From the NCBI GenBank assembly GCA_002269645.1, contig NIVC01001902.1:1-64000 (forward strand): a DNA stretch of 64,000 nt, in the 5' to 3' direction. The DNA comes from Macrostomum lignano. Its lineage: Eukaryota. A program made the translations under genes and the position numbers. Below the pieces are notes generated by a model. It was not told the DNA's origin. It ran no database searches and worked only from the letters and a program-made list of their open reading frames with translations. Positions within the stretch are counted from its first letter, which is position 1; every line of letters starts with the position of its first letter. This document shows positions 36,575 to 47,554 of the stretch, piece by piece.

Positions 36575-36830
36575 AGTCACTGTGACAGACACTGTGACAG
36601 ACACTGTGACAGACACTGTGACAGACACTGAGGCAGACACTGAGACAGACACTGAGGCAGACACTGAGACAGACACTGAGGCAGACACTGAGACAGACAC
36701 TGAGGCAGACACTGAGACAGACACTGAGGCAGACACTGTGACAGACACTGAGGCAGACACTAGGACAGACACTATGACAGACACTGAGGCAGACACTGAG
36801 ATACACACTGAGGCAGACACTATGGCAGGT
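36575..36830. repeat. 12-bp minisatellite (AGACACTGWGRC)
   Basis: Direct inspection. Confidence 0.9.
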
Positions 36831-37165
36831 AAGCCATTGGCCCTATTTTAGTGTCTGCCTGTCCGCATCTTAACATTTTCACACTGAGAGCTGAATGCAT
36901 GTGCAAATAAATTCTTTATCAGTGAGCCAAGCAGCGGTGCTGTGAAGAATTCGTGCATTTTATGGAAGCAGATAAAATTTGCATGTATCTATACATCAGC
37001 AGAGTTGCTTCTGAAGCCAGGGGACTCTTCAAGGCTCCAAGTGACTCTTCAATGAGACTGCCGGGGTTCTGCTGTGGTGAGCAGCAGAGCTGCAAATAAT
37101 TGTTCAAAATTGTAGTTGGCACTCAAATCAGCAATAAATTCCTAATGTGTCTACTGGACTTTCAA

Positions 37166-37427
37166 TACTAATAATAATATAATATTGGTTATACCTGCCA
37201 CCGACAGCTCAGCCGCAGCTATTGCGCGGCGCAACTGAAGGCTGCGTACGGCTGTCCAGTCCAAGGACTGGGGGTCGCCACACACAGCCTCAATCACCCC
37301 AGCTAATGCTGGCACCCATTTTACAGCTGAGTGAACTGAAGCAATGCAGAGTTAAGTGTCTTGCTCAAGGACACAAATTGTTCCAGTGGGATCGAGAATC
37401 GAACCCCTAACCACTAGGCTACAACCC
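37166..37427 (-). mobile_element. tRNA-derived SINE family B (CORE-like), copy 2; head partly deleted
   Basis: Homologous to 28711-29017; (AAT)n-type tail; B box GGTTCGATTC. Confidence 0.8.
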
Positions 37428-37909
37428 ACACTTACGGTGGACTGACTTTCCTGCATTTCCAATCGTCAGACATGTACTGTCTCTGTGCCTTGGAGGTTGG
37501 CCCTCAAGGCGTCATGGTTTTAAACATAGGCAGCTGAAGTGGAAGGAAGCTAAACTCGACTTTCTTAGAAATGAGCTGAAGCCCTGCGGGGAACGTATGT
37601 TTTCAATGGCCGGCTTTGCCTTAAACGAAGTTGGTATAAAATAATCCTCTCTAATTCGTACGCTCAATTTTACTAAGTGGAATCCATTAGCAATCAATTT
37701 TAAAGCTAAAAATTCAAAAAATTTAAATCCCCTCTGAGTCCTCTCCCCTCATCCGCTTGAGCCGCTCATTGTTGCTAGGCAATGAGCCAGGTAAATAGAA
37801 TTTCACTCCCCAGTGTTTTAAGGCATCGCAGCGGATTGCAGAGCCTCCCAGAACATCATCACACGAAGTAAAAGCTGCGGACTCAAAGCCAACTGCTACC
37901 AACGGCACA

Positions 37910-38912
37910 ATGCTCTCTCTGCTCATCATCTGGATTGTCATGGCAGCGGCTGCCACGGCTGAGAAGTCCTGCTGGAGTCTCCAGCGAGGCGACCTCGCCG
38001 AGTACCGGGTGCTGGCGGTGAAGCTGGCGGTCAACGACATTCACTGCGTGACTTCTGCTGAGAACGCGGAAGCCGTCCGCTTCGACGCGGCCTCGGGCTC
38101 CTGCTCGCTGCTGGCGTGCGATCGGGGAGCGATGGACGCCTGCAGGAAGTGCCGGCACGCCAGCGACTCCAGCCTGCCTCAGCTGTGGGTGAGTGAGCTG
38201 GGCTTTGCTTTGCGGCTTCTGCACTTTGCAGAAAGCAGAGCATCAATATGCGTGCACGAAATGCAGCACCGCATCAATATGCGTGCACGAAATGCAGCAC
38301 CGCATCAATATGCGTGCACAAAATGCAGCACCGCATCGCCCATTGCAGATGAGGAAGCCGGTGAAGTGCTGGACGACCTTCCAGCACAGAGTCGACGGCT
38401 CCATCAGCTTCAACCGGAACTGGGCGGACTACGCGAGCGGATTCGGTCAGGGCGAGAGTCTCAACTACTGGATGGGACTGGAGCAGCTCCACCAGCTCAC
38501 CGCCACTGGAGTGTGGAGAGTCCGCTGGGAGTTCAGCGACTGGAACGGCACCTGGTACTGGGCTGAGAATGCTCCGTTCTCTGTTGGTCCAGCGAGCGAC
38601 AAGTACAGGTGCTCGATGGGACCTCTGGACGCGAGCAGGTCGAGTGTCGGACAGCGGACTGAAGCGAACTTCTCGCCGAACAACTGGCAGTTCAGCACTC
38701 CGGACTCCGACAACGACAACTGGAGCGGTGGCAGCTGCGCACAGGAAAGGCAGGCTGGGTGGTGGTACGGCTGGTGTGCATTCATTGACCCGAACGCAGT
38801 CTACAAAGAGTACCCCAACACACAGGGGCTTTACTATTACCTTAAAGGCTCGGCTAGCAATCTGATCATTCTTTACTCGATGAAGACTTTTGAGTGTCTG
38901 ATTTTTAATTGA
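37910..38912 (+). CDS. Secreted fibrinogen-related (FBG/FReD) protein copy A, 280 aa; exons 37910-38188 and 38349-38912
   Basis: Signal peptide, Cys-containing N-terminal domain (PAN/apple-like, tentative), FBG motifs WTTFQHRVDGSISFNRNWADYASGFG, YWMGLEQLHQLT, FSTPDSDND, GWWYGWC; phase-0 GT-AG intron. Confidence 0.88.
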
Positions 38913-39199
38913 GTTGCTTAGAATTACATTTCAAGGTTTGTAATATTGCGTCATTTTTTACCAGCCATACGAACTTTTAGCGTCACACTCTAAGTTTTTA
39001 GCAGTGTGCACAGCATGAAAATTGGCTGTTTTTCCCTTATAGTCATCGTGCAGTTTCTCTGAAACAACAGAGAACGCTCTATTGTGTAACGTGTAATTAC
39101 CTAAGCTTTTTTCGTAGAGCCGTTCCAATGCGGAGAATTTTAACCCAATGCAGTACTTTTTGTGCTATCGTAAGTAATACAGAAAAATACCCTTCCCCG

Positions 39200-41750
39200 A
39201 TTCTTAAAATCACATTTATTCGCAAGCAGCAATCAAATGCTACTTTGACTTACTTGACTTAGCTGCAGGGGGGCTCCGTGCATCCGGATGCAGCGAGGAG
39301 GCGTTGCTGCCCATTTCGCTAACCCCTGGTGACCACGGGCAGCTGTTGCTGCGGTGGCGCGCAGGGAGATCCGGTGGTGACGGTTTCCGCAGCGCGGTCC
39401 CCCTTTGGGGAGTCCAGGAGTTGTAATGTCGCTCGCCCGGTAGTTCTTGGTAGCGGACGAGCTGGTAGAGATGATTCTCGGGCCTGAAAATGTGGGAGAG
39501 GTCCGGGTTTGGGCCGAGGTAGGTGAGCCTTTCCTGAGTAAAGGCGGGGCATTCACAGATGAAATGCTCCGTATTCTAGACAGCGGAGAGGCAGAATGGA
39601 CATTCCTCGCTGAGGATTTTTCCCTGGAGGTGACGATGCCTGGCAAAACAGCCATGACTCGAGAGGCCATGGTCACCGCCCTGATGTCCTTGCGGTTGAG
39701 TCCAAGCAGGGCCTTGCGCAGGGCGGAGGAAGGACAGGGGACAGCCCATCTCTCCTTGTGCTTTGAGGCCTGCATCCACTGGTTGATCCGATTGGTGACA
39801 ACGGCGCTGGGGGGGGGGGACCACGGGCAGGGGACCACTAAAAGAACCGGTCGAGCCAGCCTTGGCCAGGCGATCGGCCAATTCGTTGCCGGGTGGCCCG
39901 GGGATCCACCTTAGGGATCACCTTGTTGTAGTGTACTTCAGTGCGATGCACAATATTAGTCACGCGTTGCAATGTATTACGTAAGACGCATGCGCACGCA
40001 AGAACTTCGATCTGGAAGACGGTGGAGCAGGTGTCGGTGCGCTGGGAGAAGGTCGCCACGGTTCTCCCTCCAGACACGATGCAGTAGCCGTAGCCAGAGG
40101 CGGAGTTGATTCGGGATCCGTCAGTGAAGCAGTGGATTTCACAGTTGTCCCTCGCTTCATGACGTGGTGGAATGCTGGTTTTGAATTTGAGCGGAGGGCA
40201 GAGCGTGGATGGGATTCCGTCCGAGAGGGTCAGCAGGCCTCCCGCTGCTTCCAGCTCTCGCAGGCTGAGGTCGCCGTGCGGGCGGAGGCTCCGCTTTCTG
40301 AAAGCGAACTGCTTCTTGATTAGGACACCCGCGTCAAGCAGACGGCGGGTGGTCTTCATTGCCTCGCCTCTGACAAAGGGGTCAAGGGGGGCTGTCTAGG
40401 GAGTTCATGCCAGCAAAGGGCGTAGAGGGAGTCGCGCTCATGATAGCTCGACAAGCGCATCGTGCACCCTGTTAAGAGCCTCAAGAAACCCTTTCACCTC
40501 TAGGGCACTGTTCCAGATGAAGCCGGCGAATGAGATGGCTAACAATGGCTAACAATGGTAGTGTAAATCCACCAGAGGCGGCGGGGGTGAGCCCCAGGTA
40601 GCGCCGAAAGCTCTGCAGATCTGCGCGAGAGTCGCGAGAGCTTTGCGGGCTTTGGTTTGGGTGTATGGAGTCCAGCTCAACCTGTGGTCGAGGGTGACGC
40701 CAAGACATCTGGTTTGTTTCTCCATGGCAACGGGTTTGGAATTGAGGGAAGCGGTTCGATCCTCCAGTTTCGGCGGCTGGTGAACATGATAGCCACGGAA
40801 GAGGCAACCGCACCAGGAGCTTCGGCGGCACCTGACGCTTCCGAAGTTCTGACCGGCGCGCGGGGTCCGCTCCCTTGTCGGATGTCGGCTCCTCCGCGGG
40901 ATTCGCAGAGTTACCGGCACCCTCCTCAGAGGCAGCAGAAGAGGCGGCTTTCGCACTCCTCCGTTCCTCCGCTTTGCGCTGGAGAAAGGCTTTGTAGCGA
41001 GCAATGCTACGGGCCTTCTTTTTAGAGGTCTGAGGTCCGCTGTCCTGTTGTTTAGCCACTTCGGCAGTGTCCTGAGTGGCGGCAGGGGCTGACTGGGAGT
41101 CATCGGAGGTTCCGGTGTTTCGAATGTCCTGCTGGGCCGCGGTACCAACCTCGGTTGGCGCTCCAGCAGCTTTGAATACTCCATGAGTCGCTGAAAGGCG
41201 GATGGGGACTAGAGGTGAGAAGCTGCTGGGCCGTAACCCCAAACCCAACAGCCAGCCAAAAGATAGCGACCGGGGAGTGGCTTAAGCCCTTACCGGCCCG
41301 ACCGCTAGCAACCGAGAAACTCCCCGGCTAAGAGCCCGGCTTGGAAAAACCAGAGGCCGAATCAAAGGACCATCAGCGCGGTACTACACTGGGCCCTTGA
41401 GGGAAGCAGGAGGACTGCCTCCGGAGCCTGCGGACTGGCCGCATACCCTGTTAAGGTCAGAGGGTGGTACCTGTTCCTCAGAGCCGTGGCCAGAGGTACC
41501 TGAGACGCACAGGTGCACTAAGGAGCGGAGCCCGTACCCAAAGCGGCCAAGCCAAGGCCACGGATGGGCTGCCGCCGCCGGAGCTCAGTCAATCCAGCAG
41601 CCCTAGAACTGCCTTGAACACATGCGGGAGGTCAACCCCTGGGTCGGCTTGTGAGTCAGCTTGGAGAGAGTTCTCCTGCCATTCCTGCACCAGAATAGAG
41701 GGGGTGCAGGTGTATAGGATCGCAGACCTTAGCTCGTAGGCCTGGTCTGA
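39200..41750 (-). mobile_element. Degenerate, internally deleted non-LTR retrotransposon with RNase H (I/R1/LOA-like); boundaries approximate
   Basis: RT C-terminal segment (RCLGVTLDHRLSW..TKARKA..WG), RNase H (CFTDGS..GYG..STVFQIEVLA; ADRLAKAG), Cys/His knuckle remnant (CPFC), AATAAA at 39215-39220; several frameshifts. Confidence 0.78.
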
Positions 41751-42705
41751 CTCATGCTACACCAGGCATTTGCAAGACCGTTTCGTTCTAGCACTTACCT
41801 GCCTTACAGAATTATTATACGGCACAAATGGTCGGCCAGAACAAGAATTAGATAGGCATCTAAACAAAAAAGAACCGATTTCAATGTTTTTATGTTTTAT
41901 TTTACAATAAAGAAAGACAAGAAGTTAAAGTTAGTCCAAGTCCAAGGACAACGTAATTCCTTAGGAACGGTGAACTCTAGAATCATGGTGAAAAAAGTAT
42001 GAGGCTCGTTTAAAGGCATTGTTCAACTGCCAAGCCTTATAAAACCAGGAAAAGCCGAATAGCCACTTGGAAAGATGTCGTAACTTGCCCCTTGAAACCA
42101 TTTCTGTAGATTCACTGACTGGTGTTCTTGGTTCTGTAACGATGTCAACACCGGCTACTTCCTTCTTGAAAGTGATGTATCCTATAAAAGCACCAGAATC
42201 ATTTGTTGAGCGTTATAATTATGCATTACTGATTGGAATGAATATATCCAAAGCATGCCTTACCTGCAATATATAATAAATAGAAGCCTTTTCGGTCATG
42301 GATACATGTAGGTGCTTGATAGATTGCGGAATAGCATTCATTAAATGTTGAAAGCTCTTCTAGGCATCTGTGTATCGCAGTAAACCTTAGTGTGACGTCC
42401 ACTCATTTGGCGGTAAACACTGAACTCAGCTTCGAGCGGATCACTCTCTGAAGTTCAGCGATTAGAATGCACGCGCTGCTCCGGACCCAGCTAGCCGCCG
42501 TTCACACAGTTCCACAATGGCTCGAAGGGTATCACGTAAATTCGAAATGAGAGTCAAAACTTGCCGTCAAAATATTCGGACAACGAAACTCGCCATGCCT
42601 CGCGCTCTTTCAGATCATTCGGAATGAATAAACCGTCGTCTTCTCATGACTGCTATTGTAGTTTGAGCAGAAATTAAATAGGCTTTCTAGACATTGAATA
42701 TTCCT

Positions 42706-43458
42706 TTTTGCGGCCTAGTTGGTACTGCAAGCTTTCAATTTAATCGGAAATCAGACGGAAATCAGACTTGCGAGACTGACAATGTTCTGTCTATGGTCGA
42801 CACGCGCTGGCATAGCGGAGTTCAATTTAATCCTAGGGCATCAATTTGATAATTCTATGCATTCAATGCACATTTTTACTGTCATCGTAACTTACTTTTA
42901 ACTAGCTTGTTTTAATGAGTAATCCGGATGAGATGCTTGAATAGGGTGGCAGTGAGTGGAGTTTTGAAACTGCAAATAACGACATCGACCAGGCAAATTA
43001 CGACATCGACTAGCCAGCCACCCCAAGTACACCGCGGTCAGTAAAACAAGATTAGCGATGAGAAGTACGGTCTGATTGCAACCGCTTAAGAGTGCGGCGA
43101 TAGTCCGATGAAGTTTATTCGAGCGAAGTTTATGTTGAGGTTTATTCCAGCCTGCATCGCCGGACAGTCAGTCATCTAAACAATTTTTCGACTCGACGAC
43201 ATCCAGTGCTGAAGTGTTCATTTGTTTATTGTGTAGTTCTGTTTCCAGTTTTTCACAACGATAAGTAAACGACTTGTGTTCTAGCACAGGATATCTAAAG
43301 TTATATGATTAGAATGATCAAATTGATGCCCCAGGATTAAATTGAACTCCGCTATGCCAGCGCGTGTCGACCATAGACAGAACATTGTCAGTCTCGCAAG
43401 TCTGATTTCCGTATCTATGATTAAATTGAAAGCTTGCAGTACCAACTAGGCCGCAAAA
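42706..43458. mobile_element. MITE-like element with ~145-bp inverted repeats
   Basis: 42706-42850 is the reverse complement of 43317-43458 apart from one short variant segment and one substitution; TSD not identified. Confidence 0.8.
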
Positions 43459-44365
43459 ATATTTTCTGTCAAGGCCTCTTTATCCGCTTCTCCAGCACTC
43501 ACGTGCTACATTCGCGTGTAGCCGTATCTGCAGTTAGGCTTGGCCATAGACCAATGCTTTCAAACGAGCCCCATACTCTTTTCACCACCCAAGGACAACT
43601 TGATAACTCAGGACCGGAAACGAGCCAATTCATGGCGAAAAAAGTATGAGGCTCGTTTAAAAGCATTGTTCTATGGCCCATCCGTATGCGCATGCTTTCA
43701 GTTGCCAATGTATACTCGTATCATATTTGACTTTTTGATAGGCAGTCAGAAAGCGGGTGCACGGTCGGTTTTCTTAAATGTTGAATAGTTTTATTACATA
43801 AAGTAAACGTCGTGAAAATACACAATGGGAAAGCTGTACATGCAGCACATGTATAAGGAAACTCGAGAAAAATTTACGATTCTTTCTTCATCTGAACTAC
43901 AAATAGAGAGGAAAATAACAATCTCAGAACGGGACAAGAGCTGACTATGATAAATAGTGAACATCTGCTTCAGGGAAGTAAAACTCGCCAACGGCAGCAA
44001 ACAATTTCCGCACTCGCAAAGCACATGACGGTGATCGCAGCGAAATGAAGCATCCGAAACAGAGGCAAGCAAAGCCTCAGCAATCGTTATTTCCATCCAA
44101 GTTCAATATCCAATACCTGCACTGCAATATCCAAGCACGCATCTGAGTGTTTCGTTTCGACCCTATTTGATGGAGTGCAAATACGCTCGAATATTTGAAT
44201 TAAAGCAGTAGAACTTCACAAACCTTGTGTTTGAACGAGGCAGGACTGCGGGACTCCGTCGAAAACTGATGGTGGATGTAGCGGCCTTTCATTTCTTCCC
44301 TTTTTTATCATTGGTGCATCTTGAGGCCAGTGCTTAGCACACACGCCCATGTAGTCTGTCACGGT

Positions 44366-44584
44366 CTAAACAACAACAAAATTGTTAATGAATTCATGTG
44401 GCCAGGCTAAATCTGATTCACAAAGCACATTTGAAGAAAGTCTTACCGTCAGTTGATTAGGCAGAGACAGTCGCCAAGCCTCTCGTTCAGTTGCATCCTT
44501 AGGAAACAAAAATACTGCAACATTCCGATCACGGTTACGATTGTAGTTTGCACAACCATAGACAACGCTGCATTTTCTCGGCAT
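44366..44584 (-). pseudogene. Truncated THAP-domain ORF (DNA-transposon-derived remnant)
   Basis: MPRKCSVVYGC..VFLFPKD..REAW..LCE fits the THAP pattern, but the final His is missing. Confidence 0.6.
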
Positions 44585-44808
44585 GATATTTAGTTTCAGC
44601 GAGAATAAAAGTTCTCTCTCTCAATTGCAAGTGCATGCGAAGAACTCAATTTTAGCTCAGCTTTCTTCGCTTTCGTAGCTTTGGATGGGCCATAGAACAA
44701 TGCTTTTAAACGAGCCTCATACTTTTTTCGCCATGAATTGGCTCGTTTCCGGTCCTGAGTTATCAAGTTGTCCTTGTCACCACCATAATTTTCGAGTTTA
44801 CCGTCCAG

Positions 44809-45459
44809 GGGGGTCTTTCTCGAAAGCGACTTACGGTGTGCCATAGACGTAAGTTAGGGAGGAAGCACTTATGGTTTGCTCGAAAGGCTCGCAACTTGAC
44901 ACGAGGTACGATCAATCGCAACTTTACGAGCTCGTAACTTTACGCAAAAGACAGTTTCTCGAAAAGAGAGTAAGTCTATGGTCCTACTTAATATCGATCG
45001 TAAATCTGCGCCTGGTCGAGACCAAGCGTAAGTAGACATGAGCCCCCAACTTCATTCTCATCAGAGACTGGCGCAAGTTTAACTTTCCTAGTTTTAACCA
45101 AGGCTTTTTCTTTTTTACGAGTCACATAAAAAAGCTCTAAGAAGAATTTGACGAAGTCTTTGTCAAGTCTCAATCTTTTCCGCAAAAAATAAAACAGGTG
45201 CCCAATTCCTACTACTGTTAGGGGAAAATATAAAGCAAGAAATCCATAATACTAAAAATAGCATTTTAGATTCGATTTTTGCCTTCTCTCCCATAGACAA
45301 AATTTTATCGACCCAACTAGACTTACGAATTGCGTAAGTCACGCAAAGTCTAAGCGAGTTTTAAGAAACTGTCTTAGTATTGATCTTACGCAGAGCGTAA
45401 AGTTCTAACTTAAGATCGAACTTTCCATAGAACTTACGCAAATTTCGAGAAAGACCCCC
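44809..45459. mobile_element. Non-autonomous Harbinger-like element
   Basis: 17-bp perfect TIR GGGGGTCTTTCTCGAAA; CAG on both flanks (44806-44808, 45460-45462). Confidence 0.65.
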
Positions 45460-45462
45460 CAG

Positions 45463-46710
45463 CGCTTTAAGTATCTGCAGTTTGGAGTCAAATGAGCATT
45501 GGTCAATGACTTTGAAGCGCTCTTCGGGTTTGCAGTTGGAGCAACTATTACACTCTAAGAGATGGTTTTGGATAGCCGACGGTTTCAGCCAGTGCTCCCT
45601 GATTCTAGTGTGCAGGTGCCTTTTTGTCTTCCCCACGTAGGAGACGCTCTGGTCATCAGAGCAGCTGAACTGATAAACGACACCAGCACGAAGAGCACAG
45701 GGAACACGTGACTCTAACTGACCGAGAAAGTTGCCAACCTTAGCAGAACGAAAGATGACGCGGATGTTGCAATTAAGCGAGTTGCGAAATAATTCGCAGA
45801 TTTTATTTGTGAAGAGTTGAGAAGGATAGCCAAAGAAAGGCAGGACAAGAGTTGGTTCGTTGAGATCGATGCGATCAGCTTTAGCGCTAGGCTGATTGAC
45901 GAATTTCTTAGAGACGAATTTGTGAATGTGAGTATGGATAAACGCACGAGAATAACCATTTTGTTGAAAAAATTTGGTCAGAAAATTCACTTCTTGGGCA
46001 AAGTTGGTCCAGGTGTTGCAGACAGTGAAAGCTCTGTGGAGCAGACATCTGATCAGACCGGATTTCCACTGCCTTGGGCACAAAGCATTAAAGTTAAGGT
46101 GAGATTGGTAAACGTGCTTTGGTGGAGAAAAACTTTGGTGGAGAGGGTTCCGCAGTTAAAATCAATGTCGAGGTCAATGAACGGCCTCTGGTCGGAAGCA
46201 ACCTCAGAAGTGAACTGGATGTTAGTGTGTGTGGAGTTAAGAGCGTCGAAGAAGCGGTCAATTTTCTTCTAGAACCGTCGGCTATCCAAAACCATATCTT
46301 AGAGTGTAATAGTCGCTCCAACTGCAAACCCGAAGAGCGCTTCAAAGTCATTGACCAATGCTCATTAATTTGACTCCAAACTGCAGATGCTTGAAGCGCT
46401 GTACATTAAAGCGCATTCCTCCAACCTCAACACTGAACTCCATCACAGTGGCGCGGGCCATGTTCTCCATGTGTTCTGAGGGAGGGGGAACTGGCTGTAC
46501 ATTCTGTACTGCTGGCTGCATTGCTAATAAAGCGTCCCTGGACTTTGCCTCTCGATTTATGGACTAACAAATATTAAAATATTGATTAAATTTACATCCC
46601 AAAAATTTCGTATTTATTCACTTCCGATCTCTACACGTTTCTCTCGCTCAAAATAATATGGTAAACCTGAAGATGCACACTGTAGTGCGAAATGCGTCGG
46701 TTAACTAAAT
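45463..46710 (-). mobile_element. Penelope-like element: 5'-truncated RT end plus GIY-YIG (45463-46270, minus strand) joined to an inverted 3'/pLTR segment (46272-~46710, plus strand)
   Basis: LNSTHTNIQFT-E..PFIDLDI, KSGLIRCLLHRAF-VC, NGY, LVLPF, GVVYQFSC..SYVGKTKRHLHTRIREH. The plus-strand copy repeats PSAIQNH.. and ends LEALYI..LN..VF* at 46479. Confidence 0.9.
46660..46705 (+). ncRNA. Putative minimal type I hammerhead ribozyme in the Penelope pLTR (possibly degenerate)
   Basis: CTGAAGA (46667), stem II GCAC/GTGC, GAAA, short helix III, GTC cleavage triplet (46696-46698); stem I pairs 5 of 7 positions. Confidence 0.6.
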
Positions 46711-47554
46711 GAATGTTGATTTTCGCTCTTCTCTTCATCCTAATTGCCAAGCGAGCAACTTTACCTGAAAAATTAATATTTATCCCCCACTTGCCACGGG
46801 CGAACGTCTATGGTCTCAGTGTAAATTTCATTTATTTGCATCGGTGCAAATAAACGGTTTATTTCACTCGCCCAAAGACAATATTAAAACGCTGTTTCTA
46901 ACTGCTCACTTGGCTACATAGAGAGGATTGTCTGAAACATTCACCGCATGTCTGAATCTGCAGAATACGGTATAGAAATTCTGCTATAGACCATAGACAT
47001 CAAATCATTTTTTTAAAAATTGTCTCAACTTTCTTAAAGCGCCCCCTTGACCCCGCTTTCCCTGTTACGCTGTTTCTACTTTTAAGTGGTGGATACATCA
47101 CATATTTCCCGTTAATACCAAGTGTCTAGGGCAAAAATGCTTTATAAACCATATATATCATTGGGCTCGCAAGCACAGAACATATACAGTTCTGTGCTCC
47201 CAAGCCGTCTTCAGTAGTAGGAGTTGAGGCTCTAGACAGAACACAATGCAGAAGTCACTTTCGCGTCAGAACAAATGCTTTCTACGCTTGCCTCTCTAAT
47301 TCGTACGCTCAATTTTACTAAGTGGAATCCATTAGCAATCAATTTAAAAGCTAAAAATTCAAAAAATTAAAATCCCCTTTGAGTCCTCTCCCCTCATCCG
47401 CTTGAGCCGCTCATTGTTGCTAGGCAATGAGCCAGGTAAATAGAATTTCACTCCCCAGTGTTTTAAGGCATCGCAGCGGATTGCAGAGCCTCCCAGAACA
47501 TCATCACACGAAGTAAAAGCTGCGGACTCAAAGCCAACTGCTACCAACGGCACA

